This document shows positions 25,704 through 37,930 of a stretch of 64,000 bases of DNA, piece by piece. Where the stretch lies: NCBI RefSeq assembly GCF_006345805.1, contig NC_042999.1, positions 170,500,001-170,564,000 on the forward strand, read 5' to 3'. The position numbers and the translations under genes are program-made. Origin of the DNA: Octopus sinensis. Its lineage: Eukaryota. The stretch's first letter is position 1; each line of letters begins with the position of its first letter. Under the pieces are notes generated by a model. It was given only the letters and a program-made list of their open reading frames with translations. It had not been told where the DNA came from and did no database searches.

Positions 25704-25942
25704 GGAGGCGCGTGGCTTAGTGGTTAGGGTATCAGCGTCATGATAGTAAGATTGTGATTTCGATTCCTGGACCGGGTGACGTGTTGTGTTCTTGAGAAAA
25801 ACAATTCATTTCACGTTGCCTCAGTCCACTCAGCTAGCAAAAATGAGTAACGCTGCGATGGACTGGCGTCCCGTCCAGCTGGGGAACACATACACCATAG
25901 AAACCGGGCTCATGAGCCTGGCTAGGCTTTAAAAGAGCGCAT
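25704..25942 (+). mobile_element. tRNA-headed SINE family C
   Basis: GGCGCGTGGCTTAGTGGTTAGGG A-box, TTTCGATTCCTGG B-box, CAGTCCACTCAGCT..GCGATGGACTGGCGTCCCGTCCAG body. Matches 40892-41120 and 52845-53089. Confidence 0.88.
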
Positions 25943-25989
25943 TTATTTTTATTATATATATATAAAAGTATTGGCCTCTTTTGGAACTT

Positions 25990-26190
25990 GACCATAACGT
26001 ACGCAGTCTTATGGATGACCCTTGAATCTCTGTCTTAGAAGATGAATTAGACAGCATGAATTGGAATATCATTCGACTAAGTGTAGTGAAAAGAAAGAGA
26101 GAGAGAGAGTGCAAGCTCATTCTAAAACGTGGTGACATTTTTTTCTGGATAGGCAAAGATTATAAAAGCGAAACAGGCGGTGATAAATAA
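25990..26190 (+). pseudogene. decayed LINE AP-endonuclease N-terminal fragment (RTE-like)
   Basis: [44 protein letters not shown] resembles the APE N-terminus. Confidence 0.6.
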
Positions 26191-26198
26191 GGTTAATA

Positions 26199-26338
<140 letters not shown>

Positions 26339-26382
26339 TGTGTGTGTGTGTGTGTGTCTGTGTCTGTGTCTGTGTCTGTGTA

Positions 26383-26429
<47 letters not shown>

Positions 26430-26621
26430 ATATATATATATATATATAATATATATATATATATTTATTTCGTATATTTTCATTTGTCTTGCTTATTTTT
26501 AATGCTTTGGTTCGTGCTGAGTTTTTATTTGAGAACACATTCTTTGTGGAAAATAGCGATTTTGACGTCTATATCTAGCATGTTGACCGTCCACTTTTAG
26601 TGGTCAGTCCTTTAAATTTTC

Positions 26622-26655
<34 letters not shown>

Positions 26656-27417
26656 ATATAGCAAAAAATGTCCGACGAACGGCAACGGGAAACTCAGAGT
26701 AACAGGTTTTGTTGAATTTTCTGCTGCTTTAAATAAAGTATATATACATATATATATTGGTCACACACACATGCATTTATATATATATATATATATATAC
26801 ATACACATACATATACACATATACACACACATATACACATAGAAAACTAGAATGGAGCAATAGCGCACACCACAACATATGACGATAGTGGATCCTGCAA
26901 ACATAATAAATACACAGATAATTAAAGAAATAGAAATGAATAACTATATATATGTATATGTGTATGTATATGTGTATATGTATGTGTATGTATATATATA
27001 TATATACATATATATATATGCGTCCGGCCTTCACCATGATAGATCGCTAACCACTTTATTTTCTCTCCTTGTTCCTTTCTGTGTTCCTTTCTCGAAACGT
27101 TAAAGACTTTTACACTTCCCGAGCGTTATACTAATACACCTGTTTGTTGTCTACACCACCTGTCTTCGTCTTTTGTTGGGTTTTTGTGAATTCTCCCTAT
27201 ATATATGCATATATACATATATACATATATGTATGTGTGTGTGTGCATTTGTAATACATGTATGCACACATGCACTCACATATAGAGGTTAACTTTATCT
27301 TTCATCCTTCCTGGGTTGAAGAAATAAGTAGGAGTTGAGGACCGGGATCGATGTAATTGATTTTTTCTCAGCCCCGAAATTGCTGTGTCAGAATTTGAAA
27401 TCAGTATAACTTGTAGG

Positions 27418-27620
27418 GCTAAGGCAGCGAGCTGGCAGAATCGTTATTGCGCCGGGCAAAATGCTTAGCGACATTTCATCTGTTTTTACGTTTTGAGTTC
27501 AAATTCCACTGGGGTCAACTTTGCCGGTCATTCTTTCGGGGTCAATGGAATAAGTACTATTTAATTACTGGGATCGATGTAATCGACTTTCCCCCATCCC
27601 GAAATTGCTAGCCTTGTGCC
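27418..27620 (+). mobile_element. SINE family A
   Basis: GGCAGCGAGCTGGCAGAATCGTT head through GGGATCGATGTAATCGAC. Confidence 0.82.
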
Positions 27621-27829
27621 AAAACCGATAGCTTACGACAACCGCATGTTATGGAGGATTCATTTATTAGAAATAAAAAGACTCGACTTTTACTGGTTCT
27701 GTGATTAGAAAGGAAGTATAGCTGTGTGTTTAAGATGTTCACTTCACATCTGCACGACTTTGGGCTCGATCTCTGTGCAAAACTCCTCGGTGGACAGAAA
27801 CTATATGATAATCTGTCGAAACGATCATT

Positions 27830-28480
27830 GAAGAATTTAATGTGTCGCTTGATTAAATATCACTACTTGATCGTTGAATGCTTTAGCAGAGTCTACTGTC
27901 AAAAGCATTTGGACCAGGAATCTGGTTTGAGTACAACTTCCCACCAGTATCGCAGCTTTTGAAAAAGATTCATAGATGCTCCCCTTCTTCCCTTGCTTAC
28001 GCAGTAAATAAACAATTGTAAATTGAATATGACTTACTTCTATCATAGATCACATAACTTTATTGTGTTAAACGTCATATTATTATTTGATTTCTGAACA
28101 CATAAAGTCTAGGTCTTGCAGTAATATTTGAATAATATTTTTCATCTTTGTCTGAAGTGATTATTTTATGTCAAACTCTTTTGCGTACTACGGACTCTAG
28201 TGGGTCGCCTCCAGTCACATATGAGAACTAAGTAATGAGCAAGAAATGTCCAAGAACAATACACAGTGCATTAACTACAAGAGATTTCGGAAATTGCGTA
28301 CTGTCACCTATTGACTGCAAACATTTGTTACCTGTTTTCAAGATATGCAAAGTCAAACACCTAGTTGCTTGTAGATTCCAAAGTTTCTTATTCAATAAAA
28401 TATAATGTAATGATCAGCTTTGTTGAAAGTCTTGGCAAAGTCTAAGTAGATCCGTCAACGCTGCACTTACCAAAGGAGAT
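27830..28480 (-). pseudogene. highly decayed CR1/Jockey-like reverse transcriptase remnants
   Basis: IYLDFAKTFNKADH at ~28410-28460 and VDSAKAF at ~27880-27900 resemble RT motif (Y/F)xDxxKAFD. Confidence 0.55.
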
Positions 28481-29002
28481 ATCAAGATTATATCAGAGCT
28501 GAAGGTGACGTCTAGTGTAAAAATCATGTTCAGTAATAATGTAATAGTTACAGTTCTTCAGACAATTAATAGATAAGTAATAGCCTGTTATATTCTTTAT
28601 GGTATTAGTTATGTGGGTGATAGATCTGTTGATTTGTTTCCTCTCAATTTATTTTTAGAAAGCTGCATTACGGTATGCGATCGATTCTTTCATTTTAGTG
28701 GTTCCGCCTATGTCACTTATTTTCTTTCTTTACATTAACAAACCACTCGATTTCACTTCTAATCTCACAAAGTATTAAACTGATTATGATGTCCTTTATT
28801 CGTCCATATCGTTCTGCAAGCGTGTCAACCCAATGCACCCAAAACATTCACACCGTACTGACAACCTCCATAAACAGAAACCTGGAAAACATCCTTCAAT
28901 GGCGACATTGACTACTTAGTCAACTTCTATCGTAACAAGAAGACACATTTGCTTTACCTATCAAAGAAACAATATTGTACTTAACTCTCTGAATAGGAAC
29001 AC

Positions 29003-29350
29003 TATGCCACTTAGAGACCCCCTTCGGCAATGAATGACCATGGGATTGCAGCTAGAAAGTTCCCCTCAGAGGTACAGGGCTGGACAAGGTTGTTTGTGGA
29101 AGACCAGCAGTCGCCCATGCAAACAAGCCTTCCCGCCAAGGAAAAGGCAAAGGCCGATACTGCTTCGTACCAGTGTTGTGACTCCTTTTTACAGCTAAGT
29201 GAACTGAAATAATTTGAAATAAAGCCTTCTGCTCAAGAACGCAACGCATAGCCTGGTCCGGTAGTTAAACTCATTACCTCATGATTGTGAGCCCGGTTCG
29301 GAATCGAACTTATTATTGTGAGCCGACTCTTACCACTGAGCCATGCAACC
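29003..29350 (-). mobile_element. SINE family D, near full length
   Basis: Minus strand has GCATGGCTCAGTGGTAAGAG A-box, GTTCGATTCC B-box, TTCTTGAGCAGAAGGCTTTATTTC and the tail shared with 16.8 and 44.5 kb. Confidence 0.8.
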
Positions 29351-30045
29351 TACAAAGTTACTACGAAAAATAAGCATCACAGTCTCTCAAGGTTATCTTA
29401 CATATACAACATTGTCAAAACCTCTTCTTTAGAGCCAGAATAATACTTTATGATCAGGTCAGTTGCCTACCTTCTGCAAAGTACAAATGCAACCCTACTG
29501 GAGTTCTGCTTCCATGTATAGAACAATAATGTCTACAACAACACCCGACAAAACCCCCACTTAACAACATAAGGATTAAAAAAAACAATACTAGGCAACA
29601 ACAGCATCCCAAATATGACCATCCAGCTGAAAGGCAAAACTTCATTCCCTTACATGCTTTGAACACTGCTTCATAGCCGTATTGCTTCTTCTCTTTGTCT
29701 CTTCTGTCGCTACTCTGGGTTTGCAAGCTGCATTCCCCACTTGTTGAAGTCCAGATGACACACACCACTTCACCTTTCATGATTTCTACTGTAACTAACG
29801 CACCACCTTTCGCAACCGAGCACCCTACAGCCACATACACAACGCGCGCGCACACACAGTTTATACACATATGATCTTTTCTAAATTGAACTTCTATCAG
29901 TATATTTTGAGTTACAATCTAGTTTTAAAATATATATTACTCTTTTTCCTTCTCTTCCCCTTTCGTTCCTTCTTTCCTTCTTTCTTTCTTTCTTTCCTTC
30001 CTTCTTTCTTTCTTTCTTTCTTCTTTCTTTCTTTTCTTCCTTTTT

Positions 30046-30089
<44 letters not shown>

Positions 30090-30109
30090 TTCTCTCACTC
30101 ACAATATTC

Positions 30110-30169
<60 letters not shown>

Positions 30170-30176
30170 ATATACA

Positions 30177-30380
30177 GATGCAGCACGGACTTTGTCAGTG
30201 AACAGGTCGCGGATTTTAGCGACGAAAATATTTTGACAAATTAAACTTAAATGTTGGAGTGAATCGAACGGCTTTTGTGTGTTTCTTAAATGGCTTATAA
30301 ACACCTTCCACGCTGAAATTGTTTTCGTTTCAGCACACGATCTCAGATCAAATTACTTGCTATGCGAGTACATCTCCGTA
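30177..30380 (+). mobile_element. Penelope-like pLTR fragment in (TA)n carrying a hammerhead motif
   Basis: Same sequence occurs as both arms of the foldback at 33537-33878; (TA)n flanks. Confidence 0.65.
30191..30240 (+). ncRNA. type I hammerhead ribozyme variant (G3-C8 core, extra nt after A9)
   Basis: Stem I TTTGTCA/TGACAAA; core GTGAACA+G; stem II GTCGC-GGATTTTA-GCGAC; GAA; palindromic stem III AATATT; putative cleavage after U30233. Confidence 0.55.
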
Positions 30381-30493
30381 ATATATATATATATAATAAT
30401 ATATATATATATATATATATATACTTGTTGAAGCATCAGGTGGTGCTTTAAGTTAGACATGGCCTGGACCAATCTTTGGTCGAAACATATCTA

Positions 30494-30536
<43 letters not shown>

Positions 30537-31158
30537 TTTTTTTTTCTCTCTTCCCATCTCCAAACTCACAGACCCCCCCCCCCCCCACACACACCACACA
30601 CACACACGCACACACGCACACACACGCACGCGCCACACACACACACACACACACACACACCTCCACAAAACAATCATAAAAAGAATTCTTCTCTAACCGC
30701 CAAAAAACATTTGACCAGCCCTAAACACTCTCTCACAATGATAAACAGAAATACAATTTATGGCCTGCCTCCCCGCCACCACACACTCAGTGACACTGTG
30801 AGATGGTCAAAACTGAAATTCTTTTTTCCCAAGACCTTAGAACCCCCCCTTGGAGTCAATATTCTGTCCAGCAGACCAAAAAAAAATTCTTTTCTTCTTC
30901 TTGCCTCTCCCTTTCCCTCTTTTTCTTTAGCACTTATCCCAAATACATAAACACACACACACACGCACACACACATACACACATGCTCTCTCTCTCACTT
31001 TCTCCTCATCCATCACCCTCTTGTACTGTCTTATATTCCTCCCCACCACTACAAACTCAATACCACTATAAAATGGTCCAAACTCTTCAGCCAGGAACTT
31101 AGTTTGATTTGAAAACCCCACTAGAATGGGAGAAAGCGCTAATACATGATCTAAGTTA

Positions 31159-31675
31159 TCTATATATATAAAACTCTAGTTGTGTGAGTGTCTGTCCCCT
31201 TCGATTTAGATTCCTAACTCCACCCACATTTTGCGGTGCAGTTTAACCAAATTCGGGTATCTTATAGTCGTGATTAATATCGAGCCCGTCTGGCTATTAG
31301 CGCGCGTCTACGATGAGTCTACGATTTTAAAAATAATTTAACATCATTTTTTATTCCATTTTAATGCATAATTTTTCGTGTGTCGATGGCGGCGGAGTTG
31401 GCGTCCATGCTCACACCTGCACCTGTGTTTTGCTTCTCCCCCTTCTTCCCTCCCTCGTGAAGCTGTGGGGAAGGGAGTGTAAGGAAATCAACGTCGTAAA
31501 GCGTTGTCAAGGAGACCAGCGTTCTTTTAGAACAACGACTTCATGGCTTGAAGACACCAAAACAGAAATGGCTAAGAAAGCCCGAATTGGCATCTATAAG
31601 GGAAGTAACTCTCCTAAAAATGCTTATATAGTTATTTCCTTTACAAACCCGAGCAACGCGGGGCGATACTGCTAG
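31159..31675 (+). mobile_element. non-autonomous Helitron (517 bp)
   Basis: A|TCTATATATATAAAAC start, CCCG-AGCAACG-CGGG subterminal hairpin, CTAG|T end. Confidence 0.82.
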
Positions 31676-31768
31676 TATGATATATAAAAAATGTATATAC
31701 AAATAAATATCTGTAAATACAAACCATCCGATTTTCTGAGTACCTCATTTCTTCTAATATATACATAC

Positions 31769-31806
<38 letters not shown>

Positions 31807-32211
31807 TATATATATATATATATATAATATATTATATATATATATTTATATAAATAAGAAAAGATCGTTAATTTAAAAATAAATAACGATTTTATCAAGT
31901 GTCAGCATAGAAAAAATAACCTTCAAAGGTAATAATTATTAAAATTATAAATTAGGGTATCTGCGAGATACCCTAATTTATAATTATATATATATATATA
32001 TATACACACACACATATTCAGAGATCCGGGAGTAGATTTGATTGAAGAAAATAATGAGGTCGAAGCGCCGGTGTCTCATAGTCCCTCTACAGCACTAAAT
32101 TGAATATATTGTAAACACAAGTCGCCTGAAGTGGTTTTTCGAAGGCGAAATACAACAGCGATTAACAAACTCACGTTAATACTCATATCGATGTTCATAT
32201 ATATATAAATA

Positions 32212-33366
32212 GGATCTTTTCTATTCTGAAGCCAGGACCACAGATCTTTCTACTTAACTAAATAATCTGAAACTTCGTATGCTGATAGAGTCTAGCAAAA
32301 CAAGACACAGGTTGGAACTAGTTTATTTGAGAAAAATCTATTTTATGACTTTAATCGTAGATTAAAACTGCGAATTTTAACCAATCAGATTGTTTTCATG
32401 TGTAAAACTTGACTGCATTCTATTAGTGTGACGTAGAAAGCGCTTTTGTGACGTACTAACGTTCGGAAAACTGTAAACAAACACGGCAGACGAAATACGG
32501 CTACGCATTTCGCCCGGCGTGCTAACGTTTCTGCCAGCTCTTTGCTTTTTTAATATTAAATTTCGGCGAAGTTTCGCTTGTCGTAGCACAAGTTTTCCGT
32601 CGATTTCCGTAAAAAACTTTTATTTTTTTACATAAGTAATGAGAGCGAAAGAGACTAAGAGGAAGCGATTTTATGACGAGGGAAGTTTGTCTTTGAAGTT
32701 ACCGTCTAGGGGAAGCATTGATGTACATGTGTGTGTGTGTGTGTGTGATGGGTGTGGGAGACAGTTGTTGTGTTAAGTGAAGTGCTTCTGTTAGTGTGTG
32801 TGAAGAGACAGAGAGAGTAATGTGTGAAAGAGAGAGATAATGAATTTTTTACTCGGTGTATGTGTATATGTATGTCTGCATGTATGTATGTGTGTGTATG
32901 TATCTATGTATGTATGGCCAATTCATCGTAATTACGATTACGATGAATCGGCTATACATACATACACACACACACAACATACACACACACACATACTTAC
33001 ACATACATACACACACACATACATGCAGACATACAGAATGGAAACATTTTCAATTTAATACATGTGGCTTATTAACTATTTTAAATATTATTATTAGAAG
33101 GTGGCTGACTTGTTTACATTAAGATGTTAAATACGTCACGAAATTGGTGGTCGAGACGGAGTAAATAAAATAAAGCCGAATGACGGAATATCATTGGTTA
33201 AAATTCTAATTATTAAACAACGTTAAACTTAGAAGTTACAATTCCGTTTTCATTCTGGTTTACAATTAAGTTTACTTTTGACACATTCTACCAGTATACG
33301 AAGTTTCAAATTGTTTGGTTCAGTAGGAAAAATTTGAAAAAACTGGCCTCAAAATAGAAAAGATCC
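32212..33366. mobile_element. 1.15-kb non-autonomous DNA transposon (GGATCTTTTC TIR, TA TSD)
   Basis: GGATCTTTTCTATTCTGAAGCCAG vs reverse complement of right end GGATCTTTTCTATTTTGAGGCCAG; TA on both sides. Confidence 0.85.
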
Positions 33367-33502
33367 TATAGAATAAATAATATATATATATTATATATAT
33401 ATATATATATATATTGATAAAACGGTAAGATAACAAAAGAAAGAGACCTCAATATTATGTAAATAGAGGAAATTTATCTATACAATAGAGGAAATTTATG
33501 TA

Positions 33503-33536
<34 letters not shown>

Positions 33537-33878
33537 TACGGAGATGTACTCGCATAGCAAGTAAGTAATTTGATCTGAGATCGCGTGCTGAACGAAAAAC
33601 AATTGCAGTGTGGAAGGTGTTTAAAGCCAGTTAAGAACACAACAAAGCCGTTCGATTCACTTCAACATTTAAGTTTAATTTGTCAAAATATTTTCGTCGC
33701 TAAAATCCGCGACCTGTTCACTGATAAAAATCCGTGCTGTCTCGGATGCAGCACGGAACAGGTCGCGGATTTTAGCGACGAAAATATTTTGACAAATTAA
33801 ACTTAAATGTTGAAGTGAATCGAACGGCTTTTGTGTGTTTCTTAAATGGCTTATAAACACCTTCCACGCTGCAATTGT
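33537..33878. mobile_element. inverted (foldback) pair of the 30.2-kb Penelope-like pLTR; HHR motif on minus strand 33679-33728
   Basis: Left arm is the reverse complement of 30177-30380; right arm is direct with a ~12-nt deletion in the HHR 5' strand; (TA)n flanks. Confidence 0.75.
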
Positions 33879-33927
33879 ATATATATATATATATAAAAGA
33901 AGTTTGAAAACGCCACTATATAAGATA

Positions 33928-34072
33928 AGAGTCCACGTGGTGGTGTTTTGTGTGTGTGGTGGAGTAGCATAATGACTGTCTTGTGCGTTGACTAGAATCG
34001 CAGCCGACGATTCTAGTGAAAGCACAAGACAGCCACTATCCTCCCCACACAAAACACCACCACGTGGACTCT
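33928..34072. repeat. 145-bp near-perfect hairpin/foldback element
   Basis: AGAGTCCACGTGGTGGTGTTTTGTGTG pairs with CACACAAAACACCACCACGTGGACTCT; inner CTGTCTTGTGC/GCACAAGACAG and ACTAGAATCG/CGATTCTAGT. Confidence 0.85.
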
Positions 34073-34228
34073 GAGACTAGTAAGAAACAATTATGAACTT
34101 TTTTATTACATGTAACTTTTAAAAATATTTTTGATAAGGTTTGTTTTTTCAAGAACCGAAACATATAGTGGCATTTTCAAACTTCTTTTTTATAAATGTA
34201 TATCCACTCGTATGCCACCTACACTTTT

Positions 34229-34265
<37 letters not shown>

Positions 34266-35647
34266 TAACAATCTTATCCTTATTTATATATAAAAAGAAT
34301 ATATATGTATATATGTATGTCTGCATGTCTGTCCATATATGTATGTATGTATGTATGTGTATACAATATTTTCACGTGTGAGTGAATACATTCAACTTTT
34401 TGTAGCGCACGATATATTTTCATGTTTACAATTAAAGAGTGTCACATCATATTCCCGAACGGTTAACCGCATTTTGCCTCCCTCTCACTCTCTTTTTATA
34501 ACCCTATTCCTCTCCCTCTCCCCTCTCTGTATTTCTCTAACAGCGTGCTTTCTCAGATTTATCATTTGTCTCCCCCCCCCTTCCTCTTTCTCTTCCTTTT
34601 TAATTGTCCGCGGTTGAGAAACGTTCGTATTTGTTCCAGCTTCGCCACAGTAAACGCATTTTTTAATTACTTCAGATGGGATTTGGTCTTTCTTTTGTAA
34701 AATAAAAATCAAGCTTTAACTTACCTTTATTTATTTATATTTATTTATTCCATGTCAGGAAGTTGTTGTAGTAACAAAAATAAATATAATGTTAATTCAA
34801 AGAAATTCCTAAGTTATCGCAGTCATGTTGAAAATTTTAGTTTCTTCTTCTCATCCTCTATTTATACTTATTTTTAACTCTTTCTATAGCCTTTAGATTA
34901 ATTGCGGGTGAACTCCCTAACATATTGGATCATGGATGCTATTCTAGAAAACTTCATTCTTATGTAGAGTGAATGTCGGGCGACTAAAGACTAGTGGAGT
35001 GTATCTCTACGAGTTACACATGATAGATTTTGAATACTGCCATGAAACAAGCGTCATTATTTTATACAGTGACTCCACTGCTCAAAAAGTAGGCTGTATA
35101 GCTTCACCATGTTGCTGTTGTTCAGATGAACATTACTGAATGAACAGATCTAGGATTCAAAGTCTTCCTGCCATGATCATCTCGTCTTTTATTCTCGAGT
35201 TAACATTATCGTATATATATATATGTGTATGTGTGTGTGTGTGTGTGTCACTTAAATTGTCTATCTACTTTACCCCACCCCAAACTGATACTACCCTCTG
35301 TCTTCTCTCAGATTTGAAAAACTAGCCTATAAAATTAAAACTGAACCCCCACCTCATAATTAAATCTGAATAATAGAAATAATCGGTGAAAAACTGTCTT
35401 TTTTTGAAAAAAATCTCAGTTCCAACTGTAATGTTGTTGGTAAAACATGTTCTTTGTCTATCTCCTTATCCTGTTGGAGATTTTGGATAAAATTATACAA
35501 ATGAGTCGTTCAAATTTAATTAAATTCTATGTTTTTTGTGCAGCTGAAGATTGCTCTACATTTTAAATTGATGTTCAGTTAAATGGAGTTACATGAAACG
35601 ATCGTACTGCATTACCTCTGGATATCCTTGTTGCTTATTTTGATTAT

Positions 35648-35685
<38 letters not shown>

Positions 35686-35829
35686 CTTTAGTCATGCATT
35701 CAACTTAAATATTTATTAAGCCAAGTGCTTATTCTATCGGTTTTTTTGTTGAACTGCAGAGTTATAGGGTCTGAAATACATCAGCATCAATTGTCAAGCG
35801 GTGGTGGGGGACAAACACAGCCACGAAGA

Positions 35830-35847
35830 CATACATACATACATACA

Positions 35848-35878
<31 letters not shown>

Positions 35879-35932
35879 CATACATACATACATACATACA
35901 AACATAAATACATACATACATACATACATACA

Positions 35933-35963
<31 letters not shown>

Positions 35964-36032
35964 CATACATACATTACATACATACATGCATACATACATA
36001 CATACATGCATACATACATACATACATACATG

Positions 36033-36064
<32 letters not shown>

Positions 36065-36102
36065 CATGCATACATACATACATACATGCATACATACATA
36101 CA
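35830..36102. repeat. (CATA)n microsatellite
   Basis: Direct tandem run. Confidence 0.97.
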
Positions 36103-36332
36103 CGAGCGTGTAGGCAAACGAAAGAAAGTGGCACTAAACACGTTTGGCGAGAGTTATATATATTGTTTAATAAACAATTCGATTCGGTTCCATGCAACTT
36201 CAAGCTTCTTGGTCTCGTATAACTAACTTAGCTCTTCATGCTTAGTCGAACTAAGCTTGAAAAGCTATGTTCGTATTCCGAGCACACAAAACTTTAAATT
36301 GCATGGAACCGAATGAAGCACACACACGCACA

Positions 36333-36388
<56 letters not shown>

Positions 36389-36795
36389 TATATGTATGTG
36401 TGTACTCACACACACATATGTATATGTGTATGTGTGTACTCACATACAAGAATTTTTGGCGTAATGAGATAAAAAACCAAGGCTGTATGTTCTAATATAT
36501 ATGTTTTTTTTATCTCATTACGCAAAAAATTCTTATACACACACGCTGACATAGAACCAACGTTGAACCCTTTATTCGCAAAATTACCGAACCTGGAACT
36601 TAACTATGGTCTGTCTATAGCACTTATTCACCATTACCTGACACCTTTGGGTCTCAATGACAATATTAACTCTTATAACCTCAATTTCTCGCAATATATA
36701 TATACATCTAATGTACGGTAAAATTTTTAGAAAAAGATTTTATCGATGGCCAGCATATTAAAAAATACCTTTAAAGGTTAAATTTATAAATAACT

Positions 36796-37246
36796 TATAA
36801 AATAAGGGCAAAAGAAAAAATTCTAATGCCAAATATGCCGAAAATAGTCAAATTGTCAATAACCATTATAATTTATCACTATTAACATGCGTCTCTAAAC
36901 AAGTTTCTAGTCCGAATCACACGTGTCTCGAGATGTGCTGAAGATTTTCTATTTTGGATATATTTGAGGTACTTAGGTCTGCCTATGACTTAGTGCTTAC
37001 TTTCTCCATGAGTATGAGTAAGTATTTCATTTATGTCTTACGTATTTATCGCTGACGAGGAGAAAATTCTTATGAATTAACTCTGAAATTGGGACCGATA
37101 CGGTAATAACGGAATTTTTTTAGAAATTTATGTCGGCTTGTTTAGAGACGCATGTTAATAGTGATAAATTATAATGGTTATTGACAATTTGTCTATTTTC
37201 GGCATATTTGGCATTAGAATTTTTTTCTTTTGCCCTTGTTTTATAA
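36796..37246. mobile_element. element with ~108-bp inverted arms enclosing a degenerate hammerhead motif (37047-37100)
   Basis: Arms 36796-36903 and 37137-37246. Inside: TATCG-CTGACGA-stem II-GAAA-TTGGGA-C-CGATA. Confidence 0.6.
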
Positions 37247-37247
37247 T

Positions 37248-37302
<55 letters not shown>

Positions 37303-37409
37303 TATATACGTATGTATGTGTGCATCTATCTAACTTCTGAAACAGAAATCAATATATGAAACAAACCGAATCAGCATATTAGTAAATACACATGTGCGCA
37401 CGCACACGC

Positions 37410-37442
<33 letters not shown>

Positions 37443-37541
37443 AACACACACACACAAACACTCATACATACACACACACACGCACACACACACGCACGCA
37501 CACACACATACACACACACACACAAACACACACAACACACA

Positions 37542-37580
<39 letters not shown>

Positions 37581-37584
<4 letters not shown>

Positions 37585-37930
37585 TTTCGGTTATTGAACT
37601 GCGGCTTGTCTCAGTCATGCTGGAAGTATTTTAGTCGAACTAATTGACCCAGTATCTATTGATTTAATCCTGGTACTTAACTTATCGGTCTCTTTTGCTG
37701 AACTACTAAGTTTCTGGGACGTAAACGAGTCACCATATTTTGTCAAGTGGAGTGGTGGCAGACAAATACAAACACAAAGACTCACACACAGTTTCCGCTT
37801 ATCAAATTCACTCACAAGCTATTCGTTGTGTATAATAGAGCATACTTATCCAAGGTGTTGTGCAAGGGATCGAGCCCGAAACCAAGAGGTTTCAAAACGA
37901 GCTTTTTAACCACATAACTATACCTGCATC
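37581..37930 (-). mobile_element. old, diverged SINE family B copy
   Basis: CTTGTTTC..CATGCTGGA..ATCGGTCTCTTTTGCTGAAC..CAGTTTCCG..AAATTCACTCACAAG blocks. Confidence 0.65.

Noticed and set aside
25704-25780. tRNA-like sequences at SINE heads
   Set aside because: A- and B-boxes are present, but there is no complete cloverleaf and they run into SINE bodies; not tRNA genes.
27020-27220. CTCGAAACGTT motif in a probable Penelope-like pLTR remnant
   Set aside because: Only the 3' half of an HHR is present; the family assignment rests on recall.
30455-30496. GACCA/TGGTC stem followed by GAAACATATC
   Set aside because: No CUGANGA-type core.
34120-34155. TTGATAA-GGTT..AACC-GAAA hammerhead-like string
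   Set aside because: No stem I pairing.
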